Sequence record: MN047793.1
Strand: one strand, 5' to 3'
DNA: 64,000 nt
Shown in pieces: positions 62,453-64,000 of this stretch. The stretch's first letter is position 1. Every line of letters begins with the position of its first letter. A model generated the notes under the pieces. That model was not told where the DNA came from. It did not search any database and saw only the letters and a list, made by a program, of their open reading frames with translations. The translations under genes were made by a program, and so were the position numbers.

Positions 62453-64000
62453 TTACTTGTCAAAATGATTTACATATGCTGCCATGTGTACTGCTTCCGC
62501 TTCTTCAAACGCGCCCCAGCTACCACGTGTCGCCGTAACCAGTAGTGGAACCTTTTCATACAGATTTTCTGAATACGTCTGAATAATCTTCAGCGCAGGA
62601 TGTCCACCAACGTCATGTGACGCAATATTCATCTGATAGCTATTGACTTGAGCACGTTCCACATAATCCTTCACACGACGGTGCAGCATGCCCATACGGC
62701 GAATCTTACTACGGGTTTCCAACTTATCCACCAGACTATTCAAGCGGTCCGTCACAACTCCACGCAATACAGTGTGCATCTTGAGAGCAAGAGCATACCG
62801 CTTAACCTTCGGGTCTTCCAGAATTTCCTGACGCTTCTGTTGAACAAAGTCGCTCAGTTCAATCCATTTGATATTGGTCTTTGCCAACTTATCCAAATCA
62901 GAAGTACGAATTGCATACAACGGAATATCATTCACCATGCCAGCCATTGTCAACTGGTAGAAGATTCCGGCGGCACCAGCATATGGCGTAGACGTGCGCT
63001 GACGTTCTACCGTCATATAAATGGCTTCGGTTACCGGGTCACCATTCTCATCTTCAAGGGCATCCAGCTTATCATATACACGTTCCCAATTTGCCACCGA
63101 ATCCAAATCATTTGAATTAGTATTGAGATATGCAGTTGGACGGGTGTAATCACGTGGGGTCGTACTCGATGCATAGACAGCCTTTGGTGCATCCGGAAGT
63201 TCACTGTCCAGAATGACTGTAATACTATTCGAACCCAAATAATTCTTAAGGCTCTTAACCAGTTGCTTATCTACCAGCACTTCCTTTGACACCGCTACTG
63301 AATACAGACGGTCCAAAGAATTGTCCAAGAAATAATGGCGCATCTTTGCAATAGGTGCTCGCACGTCATCACTACGCAATACAATTGCATACTTCGTTGT
63401 GTTGTCAGGAGTAATCAGACCCCTGGATTCCGATGAACGAGAACCAGAGAATCCAGAATTTCCATTCGGAGTATATTCAGTAATAGACGCGGCATTACGC
63501 GTACGTGTCACCGTTTGGCCGTTAACATCGGTTGAGTCATAAGATACCGTGAATTCGGGCAGAGCAACAATACTAAAGTAATATTCACCCGCAGTACTAC
63601 GCTTAGCCGGCTTCAAATCCATTTCGTTATCAATGAATTTGGAAAACATGGTGTTGGTATTGATAAAGCGAGCCTTATCATACACATTGGTGAATCGTGC
63701 TAGTTCACCCTTCAGCCACGCAATAACTTCCAAGCGAGCCGTGTCAATCTTATTCTTAATATTGAGGATGGTAAAATCGTTGTATTCCACACCCTCACGG
63801 CTAGCAGTAACACCAATATCACCAATATTAAACTTCAGATGAATACCATAAGGATTCACCACGTCCATGAATGCACGTAGCTCAGCATTCAAATGTGGCT
63901 TCACCAAATCGTAATCCATGGCATAACCTACAGGTCCCTGCACAATGTAATTACGATTACCATAGCGATTCGGTGACACATTCATAACACGAATGTTTTC
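62453..64000 (-). CDS. rIIA: rIIA-like protein (5' part outside the window)
   Basis: Open frame to the window edge directly upstream of rIIB; F.IGDI..TASRE...Y motif. Confidence 0.8.
   Translation of the reverse strand, partial: ENIRVMNVSPNRYGNRNYIVQGPVGYAMDYDLVKPHLNAELRAFMDVVNPYGIHLKFNIGDIGVTASREGVEYNDFTILNIKNKIDTARLEVIAWLKGELARFTNVYDKARFINTNTMFSKFIDNEMDLKPAKRSTAGEYYFSIVALPEFTVSYDSTDVNGQTVTRTRNAASITEYTPNGNSGFSGSRSSESRGLITPDNTTKYAIVLRSDDVRAPIAKMRHYFLDNSLDRLYSVAVSKEVLVDKQLVKSLKNYLGSNSITVILDSELPDAPKAVYASSTTPRDYTRPTAYLNTNSNDLDSVANWERVYDKLDALEDENGDPVTEAIYMTVERQRTSTPYAGAAGIFYQLTMAGMVNDIPLYAIRTSDLDKLAKTNIKWIELSDFVQQKRQEILEDPKVKRYALALKMHTVLRGVVTDRLNSLVDKLETRSKIRRMGMLHRRVKDYVERAQVNSYQMNIASHDVGGHPALKIIQTYSENLYEKVPLLVTATRGSWGAFEEAEAVHMAAYVNHFDK

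Overview
This window is a 64-kb segment of a large lytic dsDNA phage (jumbo/T4-superfamily-like: rIIA/rIIB, RnlA and Rnl2 RNA ligases, T4-like late promoter motif yTAAATA). The host is probably a piliated proteobacterium (inference). Layout: (1) 1-21.2 kb is a minus-strand early region of about 50 small, mostly unknown genes. Nearly every one has its own sigma70-type promoter, and several promoters are shared 38-41-bp cassettes. (2) 21.3-32.6 kb holds plus-strand host-manipulation and RNA-repair genes: GNAT, YcfJ-like, Rnl2, GP88-like, OGFr-like, YjgR ATPase and a Mesh1-like HD hydrolase. (3) 32.6-52.9 kb is a very large RNA island with 25 cloverleaf tRNAs (all 20 amino acids plus an amber-anticodon tRNA), a circularly permuted two-piece tmRNA, a deaminase, many non-canonical tRNA-like RNAs and stem-closed structured RNA cassettes. 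(4) 53-64 kb holds DNA-binding and cell-wall enzymes, RnlA, rIIB and partial rIIA. Most striking unexplained signals: a family of tRNA-scaffold RNAs whose anticodon domain is expanded, rearranged or deleted, embedded in tandem arrays of helix-closed ncRNA modules; the permuted phage tmRNA; an 8-copy promoter plus AGGACGGG module that in five copies fires head-on into early genes; and a 48-aa headless type IV pilin mimic missed by the ORF track. All structures were paired by eye and no database searches were run, so family names rest on motif recognition.
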